NCBI GenBank assembly: GCA_043806135.1
Contig: JAZDHG010000064.1
Location: forward strand, 6,535-70,534
Source: Candidatus Omnitrophota bacterium
GTDB taxonomy: Bacteria > Omnitrophota > Gorgyraeia > B26-G9
Reading direction: 5' to 3'
Length of the DNA stretch: 64,000 nucleotides
Position numbers and translations under genes: made by a program. This document shows positions 36,324-45,840 of the stretch, in pieces (the stretch's first letter is position 1; each line of letters opens with the position of its first letter). The notes below the pieces were generated by a model. That model was not told the origin of the DNA. It made no database searches and was given only the letters and a program-made list of their open reading frames with translations.

Positions 36324-36680
36324 TCACGGCCAAACATGCGTTCCGCCTTCACTACATGCCGCTGCAGCACTGCCGGCAGCTCCGCTAAGAGTATATGCTC
36401 CTGATCCGGCAATAGGACAATCTGGTTGATCAGCTAAATATCCCGCGGTTTCCAGGAAAGCAACATCATTTGTACCACCCCATGTAAAACTGGACTGAAC
36501 GTTTTCTTTTACTTCATAAGTATTCATAGCTGAAACAAGACCCCGTATATTCGCTACGCAAACTTTGGTATTCGCATCATCTCTTACATCAGCAAAACGC
36601 GGTAAGATCAATGCAACCAGAATACCTAGAATAGCAATAACAATCAAAAGCTCAATTAATGTAAAACCTTTCCTGCTCAT
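36324..36680 (-). CDS. pilA: type IVa pilin, paralog 3
   Basis: MSRKG/FTLIELLIVIAILGIL shows prepilin peptidase site G|F with E at +5. The length is 118 aa. Confidence 0.85.
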   Translation of the reverse strand: MSRKGFTLIELLIVIAILGILVALILPRFADVRDDANTKVCVANIRGLVSAMNTYEVKENVQSSFTWGGTNDVAFLETAGYLADQPDCPIAGSGAYTLSGAAGSAAAACSEGGTHVWP

Positions 36681-36744
36681 CTTACTTCACCTCCTATAGT
36701 TAGTTATAAACACCTTAACATTATCATCATCCGCAAAACATGAA

Positions 36745-37008
36745 TTAAGACATCCTGTCCAATTCACCCATCCAGCACAGCTGGACGATTCTATATATAA
36801 CCGGCCTTAACTTTCCCTGTTCGCTGAGCCCCAAGAGACCAAATGCCATACAAATCCCTGTAACAAAAAACATTGTACCATAAAGCATAAGTCTACACTC
36901 AGTAACTATATCCAGCCGGGTTTGAAAAATAGGCAGTAATGAAATCAAAATGCCGGCAAAGGCAGTGTTTTCAGGATAGCCAATTATCCTAACACCTTTT
37001 ATCTTCAC
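36745..37008 (-). CDS. hypothetical small membrane protein (uncertain ORF) between the sigma-54 promoter and the pilin array
   Basis: At 87 aa it has a hydrophobic core and no recognised motif. It is the first ORF downstream of the sigma-54 promoter. Confidence 0.25.
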   Translation of the reverse strand: MKIKGVRIIGYPENTAFAGILISLLPIFQTRLDIVTECRLMLYGTMFFVTGICMAFGLLGLSEQGKLRPVIYRIVQLCWMGELDRMS

Positions 37009-37078
37009 TGCTTCCCTCCTTTTTTATATAATAATCAGCTGTTTTTGTCAAGGAATATGTTCTTTCAGATTGGAAGAA

Positions 37079-37093
37079 GCAATTAGCATGCCA
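37079..37093 (-). promoter_or_regulatory. sigma-54 (RpoN) promoter -24/-12 element upstream of the pilin genes
   Basis: The minus strand reads aaTGGCATGctaaTTGCTtc against the TGGCACG-N4-TTGCW consensus, with one mismatch. PilR, a sigma-54 activator, is encoded just upstream. Confidence 0.6.
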
Positions 37094-37208
37094 TTGCTAT
37101 TGACAATCAAAAGCCCGACGGATAGAGATTCTCTGCACGATAACTATGGGTATCTGTTTTCCCAGCAAAAAGATAATGTGCAATATATTACCCATATCAC
37201 ACTGCCCA

Positions 37209-38426
37209 TTATTTAATAACATTCACCAGATTAAACATCGGCAGAAATAGAGAAAGAGCAATGACCGCAACAATACCGCCTATAAAAATCAGCATTATCG
37301 GCTCAACTATAGAGCTAAGCCTTTTAACCGTGCTGTCAACCTCACTGTCATAAAAATCAGCAATCTTATTCAAAATAGTATCCAAAGTACCGGATTCCTC
37401 CCCCACCGCAACCATGTGCCCGACCATTAAAGGAAAAATCTTATTGTCCCGAAGCGGATTGGCCATGCTTTCCCCCCGATTGACGTTTTCCGCTACAATG
37501 GAAACGATTTTGGCAATCGCCGCATTGCCTACAGTTGTCTCCACGATCCGCAGTGACTGCAATATAGGCACACCGCTGTTTATTAATGTCCCCAATGTAC
37601 GCGCAAAACGTGAAATTCCGGCTTTTTTAATTATGGTGCCAAAAACAGGAATTTTTAGGAGCAGCAATTCAAAATTATATTTGCCTACTTTGGTTTTGAT
37701 ATAACGCGTAAACATCAGCATGAAAGTAATGATTCCTCCCAGTATAAAAGGCCATTTTGTCCTTAAAAAGTGACTCATTTTTAAAAGGATCTGTGTAGGC
37801 AGAGGAAGTGCTGCATCCATGGACTTAAATAATGCCTCGAATTTAGGAAACACACCCATGACCAGGAAAAGCACAACACCAATGGTAACAATAACGATCA
37901 ACACGGGATATGTTAAAGCAGTTTTTACATTAGCCCTTATTTCTTCAGACTGCTCGGCAAAAAGAGCAAGCCGCCGCAGAATTTCTTCCAAAGCACCTCC
38001 GGTTTCCCCGGCATTTATCATATTGACAAATAAAACGGAAAAAACTTTTGGATGTTTTTCAAGTGCCGCGGAAAAAGAAGTTCCTGATTCCACGTCATCA
38101 CGCACCTTGGCTAAAACCTCCTGCAATTTTTTATTTTCAACCTGCTGGCAAAGTATATTTAAACTGGTAACAAGGGTTATTCCAGAACCGATCATTGTTG
38201 CCAGCTGATTGTTAAAGATCACCAGATCCCTTGACCTTACCCTGGCAAAAATATCCAGGATATCCGCATCTAAGGTCTTGACCTGCACCCTTTCTTCTTC
38301 AATGCTGACAACAAAATAGCTCATTTCCCTTAATTTATCCGCAACAGTAGAACTGTTTATAGCTTCCAGCTTTCCGCTGATCAGTTTCCCTGCGGCATCT
38401 CTTGCCTTATATATAAAGGTCGGCAT
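37209..38426 (-). CDS. pilC: type IV pilus platform protein PilC (GspF family)
   Basis: MPTFIYKARDAAGK... is followed by two T2SF repeats and three TM helices. The length is 405 aa. Confidence 0.85.
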   Translation of the reverse strand: MPTFIYKARDAAGKLISGKLEAINSSTVADKLREMSYFVVSIEEERVQVKTLDADILDIFARVRSRDLVIFNNQLATMIGSGITLVTSLNILCQQVENKKLQEVLAKVRDDVESGTSFSAALEKHPKVFSVLFVNMINAGETGGALEEILRRLALFAEQSEEIRANVKTALTYPVLIVIVTIGVVLFLVMGVFPKFEALFKSMDAALPLPTQILLKMSHFLRTKWPFILGGIITFMLMFTRYIKTKVGKYNFELLLLKIPVFGTIIKKAGISRFARTLGTLINSGVPILQSLRIVETTVGNAAIAKIVSIVAENVNRGESMANPLRDNKIFPLMVGHMVAVGEESGTLDTILNKIADFYDSEVDSTVKRLSSIVEPIMLIFIGGIVAVIALSLFLPMFNLVNVIK

Positions 38427-38427
38427 A

Positions 38428-39825
38428 TTATAATTCCTCTTCCTTTATCAGATTGCACTTCTTCATTTTATTAAACAAACTCTTCCGGCTTATTTTCAAA
38501 ATACCGGCTGTTTCCGAGCGGTTCCAGTTCGTCTTTTTTAAAACTTTGAGGATTATCTGTTTTTCCACTTCATCGGTTATATCTTTTACTGTTTCGATCA
38601 AAGACTTAGAAAAATCAGCAGACTCTGTCTCAAGCTTTATTTCACTGTCTAAAAACTGGATGTAAAAAGGAAGGTCTTTGTTAGTGATCATTTTACCTTC
38701 TGATAGAATAATCGCCCTCTGCAAGGCATTCTGCAGCTCCCGCACATTGCCCGGCCAAGGATACTTCATCAACAACTCCATGGCCTCAAGCGAGATATGT
38801 TCTATAGACTTATTGAATTCCTTATTAAACTTATGCATAAAATGTTCGAATAAAAGCGGTATGTCCTCCCGTTTTTCCCTAAGCGGCGGCAGATTGATCG
38901 AAACAACATTGATCCGGTAAAAAAGATCCTCTCGGAATTGTTCTTCTTTTACGGCACGAAACAGATCTTTATTGGTAGCAGCGATAATCCGCACATCAAC
39001 CTTAACGACCTCTGTAGAACCGACACGCTCAAACTCTTTTTCCTGCAGAACACGCAGTATCTTCGCCTGCATGGCAAGACTCATGTCTCCGATCTCATCA
39101 AGGAATATCGTCCCTTTGTCTGCGGCTTCAAACCTTCCGGTTTTTCTTGAGCCCGCATCGGTAAAAGCTCCTTTTTCATGACCAAAAAGCTCACTTTCCA
39201 AAACCCCTTCAGGAATAGCCGCGCAGTTGACTTTGATAAAAGGCTCGTTACTGCGGCCGGAATTATAATGTATTGCTCTTGCCGCCAGCTCCTTTCCAGT
39301 TCCGCTTTCCCCCTGTATAAGAACAGTGACATCAGTGCTGGTTACTTTTTTGATGATCTCAAAAACTTCCATCATCTTGCCTGATGAACCGATTATTTCT
39401 TCCAGCTTAAAATTCCTACCCAGCTCTTCTTTGAGAAGCTTATTTTCACAATTAAGACGGTTACATTCAAGCGCCCTGTTTACAACCAAACGCAGCTCAT
39501 CTATTTCAAACGGTTTTGTAAAGTAATCATACGCACCTTTTTTAATAGCTTCAATAGCAATCTTCTGAGCGCCATAGGCGGTTATAATAACGATTAACTG
39601 CTCAGGATTTATCGCTTTAATTTTTGAGAGCACCTCAAACCCGTCCATACCCGGCATTTTCACATCAAGTGTGATTACATCAAATGGCCCCTGCTTTGCG
39701 GAGATATCAAGCGCTTCTTGGCCGCAAGAAGCAGGCACAACAGTGTATCCTTCTTTGCGCAGTGTTTCTATAAGAAGAAATCTAAAACTCGCATCATCAT
39801 CAACAATCATTATTTTTGGTTTCAT
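38428..39825 (-). CDS. pilR: sigma-54-dependent response regulator, PilR-like (NtrC family)
   Basis: It has an REC domain (IMIVDDD...D54), a AAA+ sigma-54 interaction domain (GESGTGKE, ESELFGHEKGAFTDA) and a C-terminal Fis-type HTH. Confidence 0.85.
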   Translation of the reverse strand: MKPKIMIVDDDASFRFLLIETLRKEGYTVVPASCGQEALDISAKQGPFDVITLDVKMPGMDGFEVLSKIKAINPEQLIVIITAYGAQKIAIEAIKKGAYDYFTKPFEIDELRLVVNRALECNRLNCENKLLKEELGRNFKLEEIIGSSGKMMEVFEIIKKVTSTDVTVLIQGESGTGKELAARAIHYNSGRSNEPFIKVNCAAIPEGVLESELFGHEKGAFTDAGSRKTGRFEAADKGTIFLDEIGDMSLAMQAKILRVLQEKEFERVGSTEVVKVDVRIIAATNKDLFRAVKEEQFREDLFYRINVVSINLPPLREKREDIPLLFEHFMHKFNKEFNKSIEHISLEAMELLMKYPWPGNVRELQNALQRAIILSEGKMITNKDLPFYIQFLDSEIKLETESADFSKSLIETVKDITDEVEKQIILKVLKKTNWNRSETAGILKISRKSLFNKMKKCNLIKEEEL

Positions 39826-39835
39826 CTTTATCTAT

Positions 39836-41272
39836 CTACCTTTTCTCCGGCAAGCTTATCATAAACGTTGTCCCCTGCCCAACCTCACTTTTAACATCGA
39901 TCTTTCCCTGGTGGCTTGAGATTATCTGATGAGCTATTGTTAACCCCAAACCTGTACCGCTGGCCTTTGAGGTGTAAAAGGGGTCAAATATTTTTTTCAG
40001 GCCTTCATCAGTAATACCGATACCGGTATCGGCAAAGGAAATATTCAGAACTTTCGTGTTTTTGTTAAAATCAGTTTTTATGGTTAAGTCTCCGCCGTTT
40101 TCCATGGCGCTGAAAGCATTAAAAATAATATTCAAAAATGCCTGCTGCAATTTCTTGGCATCAGCGAGCACGGGGGGGATGTCGGAAGAAAACTGCTTAA
40201 TTATCTGTATATTTACTTTTTTAGAATCATGCGCTGCTAAAAGAAGCGTTTGCTCAATAACATCATTAATGTTCAGCTGAATAAAATTCGCCTCCAGTTC
40301 AGAAGCATCCGGACGCGCAAAACTCAACAACTCCTCAACGACTTTATTTAAACGATCAACTTCTTTTACAATTACATCTGCATATGATTTTTTCTGATCA
40401 TCATCCTTTAGATCTTCCTTTAAAAGCTGCACAAGACCTTTAACCGATCCTAAAGGATTACGGATTTCATGTGCAACACCTGCAGCCAGACTTCCCACGG
40501 CAGCAAGCCTATCCGCCCTGCGCACCTGTTCTTCCAAATGCTTAATATGCTCAAGGTCTTTGAATGTAACAACAATCCCGAGAAAAGTATTCATTTTATC
40601 CCTTAAAAGAGATGTCGTGATGCCTATGGGGATCTTTTTCCCAACTTTTGAATAAATATTGATTTCCCGTGATGAACTTGTTTTCTTTCCCTGCAATGTT
40701 TCCCTTATGATCTGACTTAAAGCAATGTTATTACCGCTCTCAGGAAAAACATCAAAAACAGATTTACCGACAATATCATCCGTATTATAACCAAGAATAA
40801 GCTCTGCTGATTTATTAAAAGTAGCTATAAATCCCTTCATGTTTATGGTAATAACTCCGCCGGTCATACTTTCAATTATATGTTCATTAAGCGATGAAAC
40901 CATGGCATTAAAAGACTTGCCTAATGCACCGATCTCATCTTCTGTATTAATTTGTACTGTCCGGCTTAAATCTCCGGTAGCAACTTGTTTTGCGCTTGAG
41001 GTAAGTCTTTTAATCGGCAGGGTAATCGCATAGGCCAGTATAATACCGAATATACCTGCTACTATGGAACTAACCCATATTTGTTTACTTAAGATCTCAA
41101 TAACTTTTTTAAATAAAAAGATGTCTTTATCATCAGCTAACTTTGCAAAATTTGTTTTTACAATATAATACGAAAAAATCTGCGCACCAAAAACGAGGAT
41201 AACAATCAATAGCGGAATGGTAATTATCAGGTTGGTTCTCACCCGTTTCTTGAGTGAGTATGTCTTCATCAT
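39836..41272 (-). CDS. pilS: sensor histidine kinase, PilS-like (TM, HAMP, PAS, HisKA and HATPase domains)
   Basis: It has two TM helices, the H-box VAHEIRNPL and the G-boxes GTGLGL. Confidence 0.75.
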   Translation of the reverse strand: MMKTYSLKKRVRTNLIITIPLLIVILVFGAQIFSYYIVKTNFAKLADDKDIFLFKKVIEILSKQIWVSSIVAGIFGIILAYAITLPIKRLTSSAKQVATGDLSRTVQINTEDEIGALGKSFNAMVSSLNEHIIESMTGGVITINMKGFIATFNKSAELILGYNTDDIVGKSVFDVFPESGNNIALSQIIRETLQGKKTSSSREINIYSKVGKKIPIGITTSLLRDKMNTFLGIVVTFKDLEHIKHLEEQVRRADRLAAVGSLAAGVAHEIRNPLGSVKGLVQLLKEDLKDDDQKKSYADVIVKEVDRLNKVVEELLSFARPDASELEANFIQLNINDVIEQTLLLAAHDSKKVNIQIIKQFSSDIPPVLADAKKLQQAFLNIIFNAFSAMENGGDLTIKTDFNKNTKVLNISFADTGIGITDEGLKKIFDPFYTSKASGTGLGLTIAHQIISSHQGKIDVKSEVGQGTTFMISLPEKR

Positions 41273-41277
41273 AAGCG

Positions 41278-42978
41278 CTATCCTTTCGCTTCTTCAGCTG
41301 TTGCCCGAAGTACTTCCTCAATGGTTGTAATTCCGTTTACAACTTTTTTAAATCCATCTTCACGAAGTGTGCTCATGCCATGAGACTTTGCCAGTTTTCT
41401 TATTTCCACAGCAGGCGCATTTGCCATTATCATTTCTCTTATGGCATCATTAATGGTCATCAGCTCATAAATACCTATACGGCCTCTGTACCCGCTGCCT
41501 TTGCAGGCATCACATCCTTTGCCTTTATAAAAAGTATAAGTCTCCGCTCTGGGTTCAAGTCTAAGATTACAAAGCATTTCTTCATTAGGCGTGTATGCCT
41601 CTTTGCAATTTTCACATATGGTTCTTATAAGCCTTTGGGCAAGGATACCTGAAACCGCAGAGGCAACGAGAAAAGCATCTATCTTCATATCGATCAAACG
41701 CGTGATTGTTGAGGGCGCGTCATTTGTATGAATCGTACTTAAAACAAGATGCCCGGTCAATGCAGATTGTATGGCAATTTCAGCTGTCTCAAGATCTCTG
41801 ATCTCCCCGATCATTATAACATTCGGGTCCTGCCTTAAAAAACTGCGCAGCCCGGCAGCAAAAGTTAAACCTGCCCTGGGATTAATCTGTACCTGATTGA
41901 TCATCTTAAGACGGTATTCTACAGGGTCTTCAACCGTAAGGATATTTTTCTCAATAGTATTAATTGTGCTTAGTGCCGAATACAGTGTCGTCGTTTTTCC
42001 GCTTGAAGTAGGGCCGGTAACAAGAATCATCCCATAAGGCCTTCTGATCAACTTTTCAAATTTTTCCTGATCGTGGGGAAGAAATCCTAATTTATCCATC
42101 TCCATTATTACCATTGCCTTATCAAGCACCCGCATAACAATTTTCTCTCCGAGTACTGTCGGTAAGGTTGATACACGAAGATCAAGATTGCGGTCATTTA
42201 ATTCAAACTGGAATCTGCCGTCCTGGGGCACACGTTTCTCTGAGATATCCAGGCCTGCGAGAACTTTAATACGCGAGGTCAAAGGAAGCTGCACATCTTT
42301 AGGATAAGTTTTGAATTCTCTTAAAAACCCGTCCACACGGCATCGCACACGCATTTCTTCCTCATCAGGTTCAATATGAATGTCTGTCGCACGCTCCTCT
42401 ACGCAAAGACGGACAATTTCATCAACTAATTCTATTATTTCTTTGCCGGCAATTAAAGGCATCTGCTCTTTACTGTCTTGGGCAAAGCGATGCGGTGCCT
42501 CATATGAAGATGTATCCTCTTTAGGCTGCCCCTCAGTTTCTTTATAGCATCTGTCAAAAACCTTGAATAAAGCCTGGCGCGAACAAATTACCGGCTCTAT
42601 CATACAGCTGGTTAACAGCTGGACTTCATCTATAGCAAAGACATTTAAAGGATCCGCCATGGCTATGGTTAAATTATTAGCTACTTTCTCCAGAGCAATT
42701 AATTCGTAACGGCGGGCAACTTGTTCAGGAATAAGTTTTACAACAGCTGGTTTTAAACCGTAACTCAGGATATCTATATGGGCAAGACCCAATTGCTGGG
42801 CAAGCACAACGATCAACTCTTCTTCTTTAATATACCCCAGTTCGATCAAAGTCTGACCTAAACGTGAACCGGCTTTTTTCTGCGCATCAAGAGCCTTTTG
42901 GACCTGGTCGCTGTTTACCAATCCTTTTTCAACTAAATATTCACCAAGAAGCTTTTTTTTACCCTTATCCGCCGGCAT
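41278..42978 (-). CDS. pilB: type IV pilus assembly ATPase PilB (GspE family with N-terminal T2SE_Nter domain)
   Basis: It has the Walker A motif GPTSSGKTTT, a tetracysteine motif and an N-terminal GspE_N domain. The length is 566 aa. Confidence 0.85.
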   Translation of the reverse strand: MPADKGKKKLLGEYLVEKGLVNSDQVQKALDAQKKAGSRLGQTLIELGYIKEEELIVVLAQQLGLAHIDILSYGLKPAVVKLIPEQVARRYELIALEKVANNLTIAMADPLNVFAIDEVQLLTSCMIEPVICSRQALFKVFDRCYKETEGQPKEDTSSYEAPHRFAQDSKEQMPLIAGKEIIELVDEIVRLCVEERATDIHIEPDEEEMRVRCRVDGFLREFKTYPKDVQLPLTSRIKVLAGLDISEKRVPQDGRFQFELNDRNLDLRVSTLPTVLGEKIVMRVLDKAMVIMEMDKLGFLPHDQEKFEKLIRRPYGMILVTGPTSSGKTTTLYSALSTINTIEKNILTVEDPVEYRLKMINQVQINPRAGLTFAAGLRSFLRQDPNVIMIGEIRDLETAEIAIQSALTGHLVLSTIHTNDAPSTITRLIDMKIDAFLVASAVSGILAQRLIRTICENCKEAYTPNEEMLCNLRLEPRAETYTFYKGKGCDACKGSGYRGRIGIYELMTINDAIREMIMANAPAVEIRKLAKSHGMSTLREDGFKKVVNGITTIEEVLRATAEEAKG

Positions 42979-44053
42979 TTTTTGCTATCTCCTGTAGTTT
43001 TTTAAGCCGACGTTTTACCCCATCAGCATCGCGGGCTTTAAGGTAAGCGTCTTCCTCCGGGATAAGTCCCTTGTGCGCAAGATCAGCCAAAGCCATATCA
43101 ACACTCTGCATTCCCACTTTCACGCCTGTTTCTAAAGAGGAATAAATCTGGAATGTTTTACCTTCCCGAATTAGGTTTCTAATCGCAGAGGTGGCAACCA
43201 TTGTCTCTACTACAGGCACACGGCGCTTCTTATCTGTGCTTAACATCAATTGCTGACAAATCACCCCCTGCAATGTCAGAGAAACCTGTATCCTGACCTG
43301 CTGCTGCTGATAAGGCGGAAAAACATCGATCAGCCTGTCTATTGTCTGCACCGCATCTGTAGTATGCAGAGTACCTAAAACCAGGTGTCCGGTCTCAGCC
43401 GCGGTTATTGCATGCGCTATCGTTTCCAGGTCTCTCAACTCTCCGACAAGAATCACATTAGGATCCTGCCTTAATACATATTTTAAAGCACTGGCAAATG
43501 ATTTTGTATCCGAACCTACTTCTCTTTGTTCAATAATACTGTTCTTATGAGCGTAGAGATACTCTATCGGATCTTCAACCGTAATCACATGCGCTTTTCT
43601 TCGTGTATTGATTATATTTATCATGGAGGCCAAAGTCGTTGATTTGCCGCTGCCGGCAGCTCCTGTGACCAAAACCATGCCTTTATCAAGCATCGCAAAC
43701 TCTTTGACAATACTGGGGAGCTCTAGTTCATCAACTGTTTTGATCTCTGATGCTAACCTTCGTAAAGCTATACCGATACTGCTTCTTTGTTTATGCAGAT
43801 TAACTCTGAATCTTCCCAACCCGGCAATACCAAAGGAAAAATCAAGATCGCATTCTGATTCAAAACTTTTTATCTGCTGTTCATTAAGCATTTCATATAC
43901 ATAATCTTTAGCGATCTGCGGAGTAACTTTACCCATTTCTTCAAGAATTATAAGCTCTCCGTTTATGCGCAGCACAGGAGCGCTTCCGCAAACAATATGC
44001 AGATCAGATGCCCCGCGCTCTGTAGTAAGTTCCAATAATTCCTTTAATTTCAT
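42965..44053 (-). CDS. pilT: twitching motility retraction ATPase PilT
   Basis: It has the Walker A motif GAAGSGKSTT and the AIRNLIREGK signature. Confidence 0.85.
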   Translation of the reverse strand: MKLKELLELTTERGASDLHIVCGSAPVLRINGELIILEEMGKVTPQIAKDYVYEMLNEQQIKSFESECDLDFSFGIAGLGRFRVNLHKQRSSIGIALRRLASEIKTVDELELPSIVKEFAMLDKGMVLVTGAAGSGKSTTLASMINIINTRRKAHVITVEDPIEYLYAHKNSIIEQREVGSDTKSFASALKYVLRQDPNVILVGELRDLETIAHAITAAETGHLVLGTLHTTDAVQTIDRLIDVFPPYQQQQVRIQVSLTLQGVICQQLMLSTDKKRRVPVVETMVATSAIRNLIREGKTFQIYSSLETGVKVGMQSVDMALADLAHKGLIPEEDAYLKARDADGVKRRLKKLQEIAKNAGG

Positions 44054-44055
44054 AA

Positions 44056-45102
44056 TTATAACAACATCCTTTTTAATAGTTCTGGTTTATTAGAATATGT
44101 GATCGCATCACCGATTCTTATCAAACGCGACTTGCATAAATCTGCAAGTGACTGATTCATGCTAAGCATGCCTTCTCTGGTTCCGGTCTCGATCATAGAA
44201 TAAATCTGATGTGTCTTTCTTTCCCTGATAAGATTAGCCACAGCAGGCGTAACGGTCATCGCCTCTATCGCGGCCACACGCCCTTTCCCGTCTGCTCTGG
44301 GGATCAGGCGCTGTGATATTACCCCTTGTAACGCCAGTGAAGTCTGCAATCTTATCTGCGACTGCTGCCCCTCAGGAAATACGTCAATGATTCTGTCAAT
44401 TGTCTGCACTGCATCCACGGTATGCAAAGTAGCAAAAACAAGGTGCCCGGTTTCAGCTGCGGTTATAGCCGTTGAAATTGTTTCAAGATCTCTCATTTCT
44501 CCGACAAGAATAACATCCGGATCTTCACGCAGCGCGTCTCTTAAAGCCAGAGAAAAAGAAGGCGTATCTGAATATACCTCCCGCTGATTCACGATACTTT
44601 TCTTGTGCGGATGAAGATATTCGATAGGGTCCTCAATTGTAATAATATGACAAGCCTCCTCCATATTCACCAGATTGATCATTCCGGCCAGGGTTGTTGA
44701 TTTCCCGGATCCAGTCGGACCTGTGACCAAGACAAGCCCTCTTTGTTTTCTGGCAAATTCCCCGACTATATAGGGAACTTCCATTTGACCCAGATCAGGG
44801 ATTTCAAAGGGAATAAAACGCAGGGCAGCGGCAAGGTAGCCTTTTTCATAAAAAACATTTACGCGAAAACGCGCAATATAACTGTAGGTAAAATCAATAC
44901 TCCTTGCATGAGCAAGCTTAATTTTCTGCTCTTCAGTGAGCATTTTAGATGTCAAGTTTTCCACATCATTTGCACTTAAAGCTTCTGCCTCGGTAGGCAT
45001 CAGCTTTCCGTGGATACGCATCATCGGAGGCAACCCGACAGTAAGATGCAAATCAGAAGCATTCTTTTCTATTGCCCCACGGATCAGATCAAGAATCTCC
45101 AT
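44056..45102 (-). CDS. second PilT-family ATPase (PilT/PilU-like paralog)
   Basis: Its Walker A motif is GPTGSGKSTT. The variant AVANLIRERK signature suggests a PilU-like role. Confidence 0.75.
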   Translation of the reverse strand: MEILDLIRGAIEKNASDLHLTVGLPPMMRIHGKLMPTEAEALSANDVENLTSKMLTEEQKIKLAHARSIDFTYSYIARFRVNVFYEKGYLAAALRFIPFEIPDLGQMEVPYIVGEFARKQRGLVLVTGPTGSGKSTTLAGMINLVNMEEACHIITIEDPIEYLHPHKKSIVNQREVYSDTPSFSLALRDALREDPDVILVGEMRDLETISTAITAAETGHLVFATLHTVDAVQTIDRIIDVFPEGQQSQIRLQTSLALQGVISQRLIPRADGKGRVAAIEAMTVTPAVANLIRERKTHQIYSMIETGTREGMLSMNQSLADLCKSRLIRIGDAITYSNKPELLKRMLL

Positions 45103-45106
45103 ACTC

Positions 45107-45715
45107 TTAACCTTTTTCTAGTTTATATTGCAGTATAAGTGTTTTGAGTTCTCCAACTAAATCATTAAGTTTTCTAATTAAAGCCAGCGCATCCTCTTCA
45201 TTGATTTTTTTATCCTTAAGGCTGACATATAGATTGTTGGTTATCTGTGAGAGTTCAAAAATTATTTTTTTATCCTTACTTACCAATCTGTGCATATTCT
45301 CAATAACAGAGTTAAAAGCATCGGAAAGATTTTTAAGTTCATCATCACTTCTTAAGCTAACGCTTGTAGTCAGGTCCCCCCGGGAAACATCACGTGCCAC
45401 TTTTTGCAGACGGTATACAGGACCGGCGATTTTATGCGAGATCACAATACCCACAAAAGAAGCGATCACAAGCAAAATAGGTAATTCGAAAAGTATCATT
45501 AAGTTTATATTATTGAGCACATTGCCTATAGCCGCTGCCGTTTGAGGACTTGCATTGTTTTCTACAAGTGAAGACCAACAGGAAAAATAAACTGTGAGGG
45601 TTATTAAAGCACAGGAGGCCAGCACCGCGACCAGAATTACGCCAACATATTTAAATTGCAGCTTTTTCCCTATTAAAATCCTTTTTCTGATCAAATACTT
45701 TTCAAAAGCCTTCAA
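45107..45715 (-). CDS. membrane protein with two TM helices and a HAMP domain only (no output domain)
   Basis: TM1 and TM2 flank a short periplasmic loop. The HAMP segment is IAGPVYRLQKVARDVSRGDLTTSVSLRSDDELKNLSDAFNSV. It is the first gene of the pilT operon. Confidence 0.55.
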   Translation of the reverse strand: MKAFEKYLIRKRILIGKKLQFKYVGVILVAVLASCALITLTVYFSCWSSLVENNASPQTAAAIGNVLNNINLMILFELPILLVIASFVGIVISHKIAGPVYRLQKVARDVSRGDLTTSVSLRSDDELKNLSDAFNSVIENMHRLVSKDKKIIFELSQITNNLYVSLKDKKINEEDALALIRKLNDLVGELKTLILQYKLEKG

Positions 45716-45840
45716 TCTTCCCCCTATTCTTATAATTGATAAGCATAAATTTTAAAAATTAATAAAAACCTAAGTTTAATGTATACTTGAAAATAGGTTA
45801 ACATATAGAATAAAACTTGTCAACAAATCCATCTGCCTTT

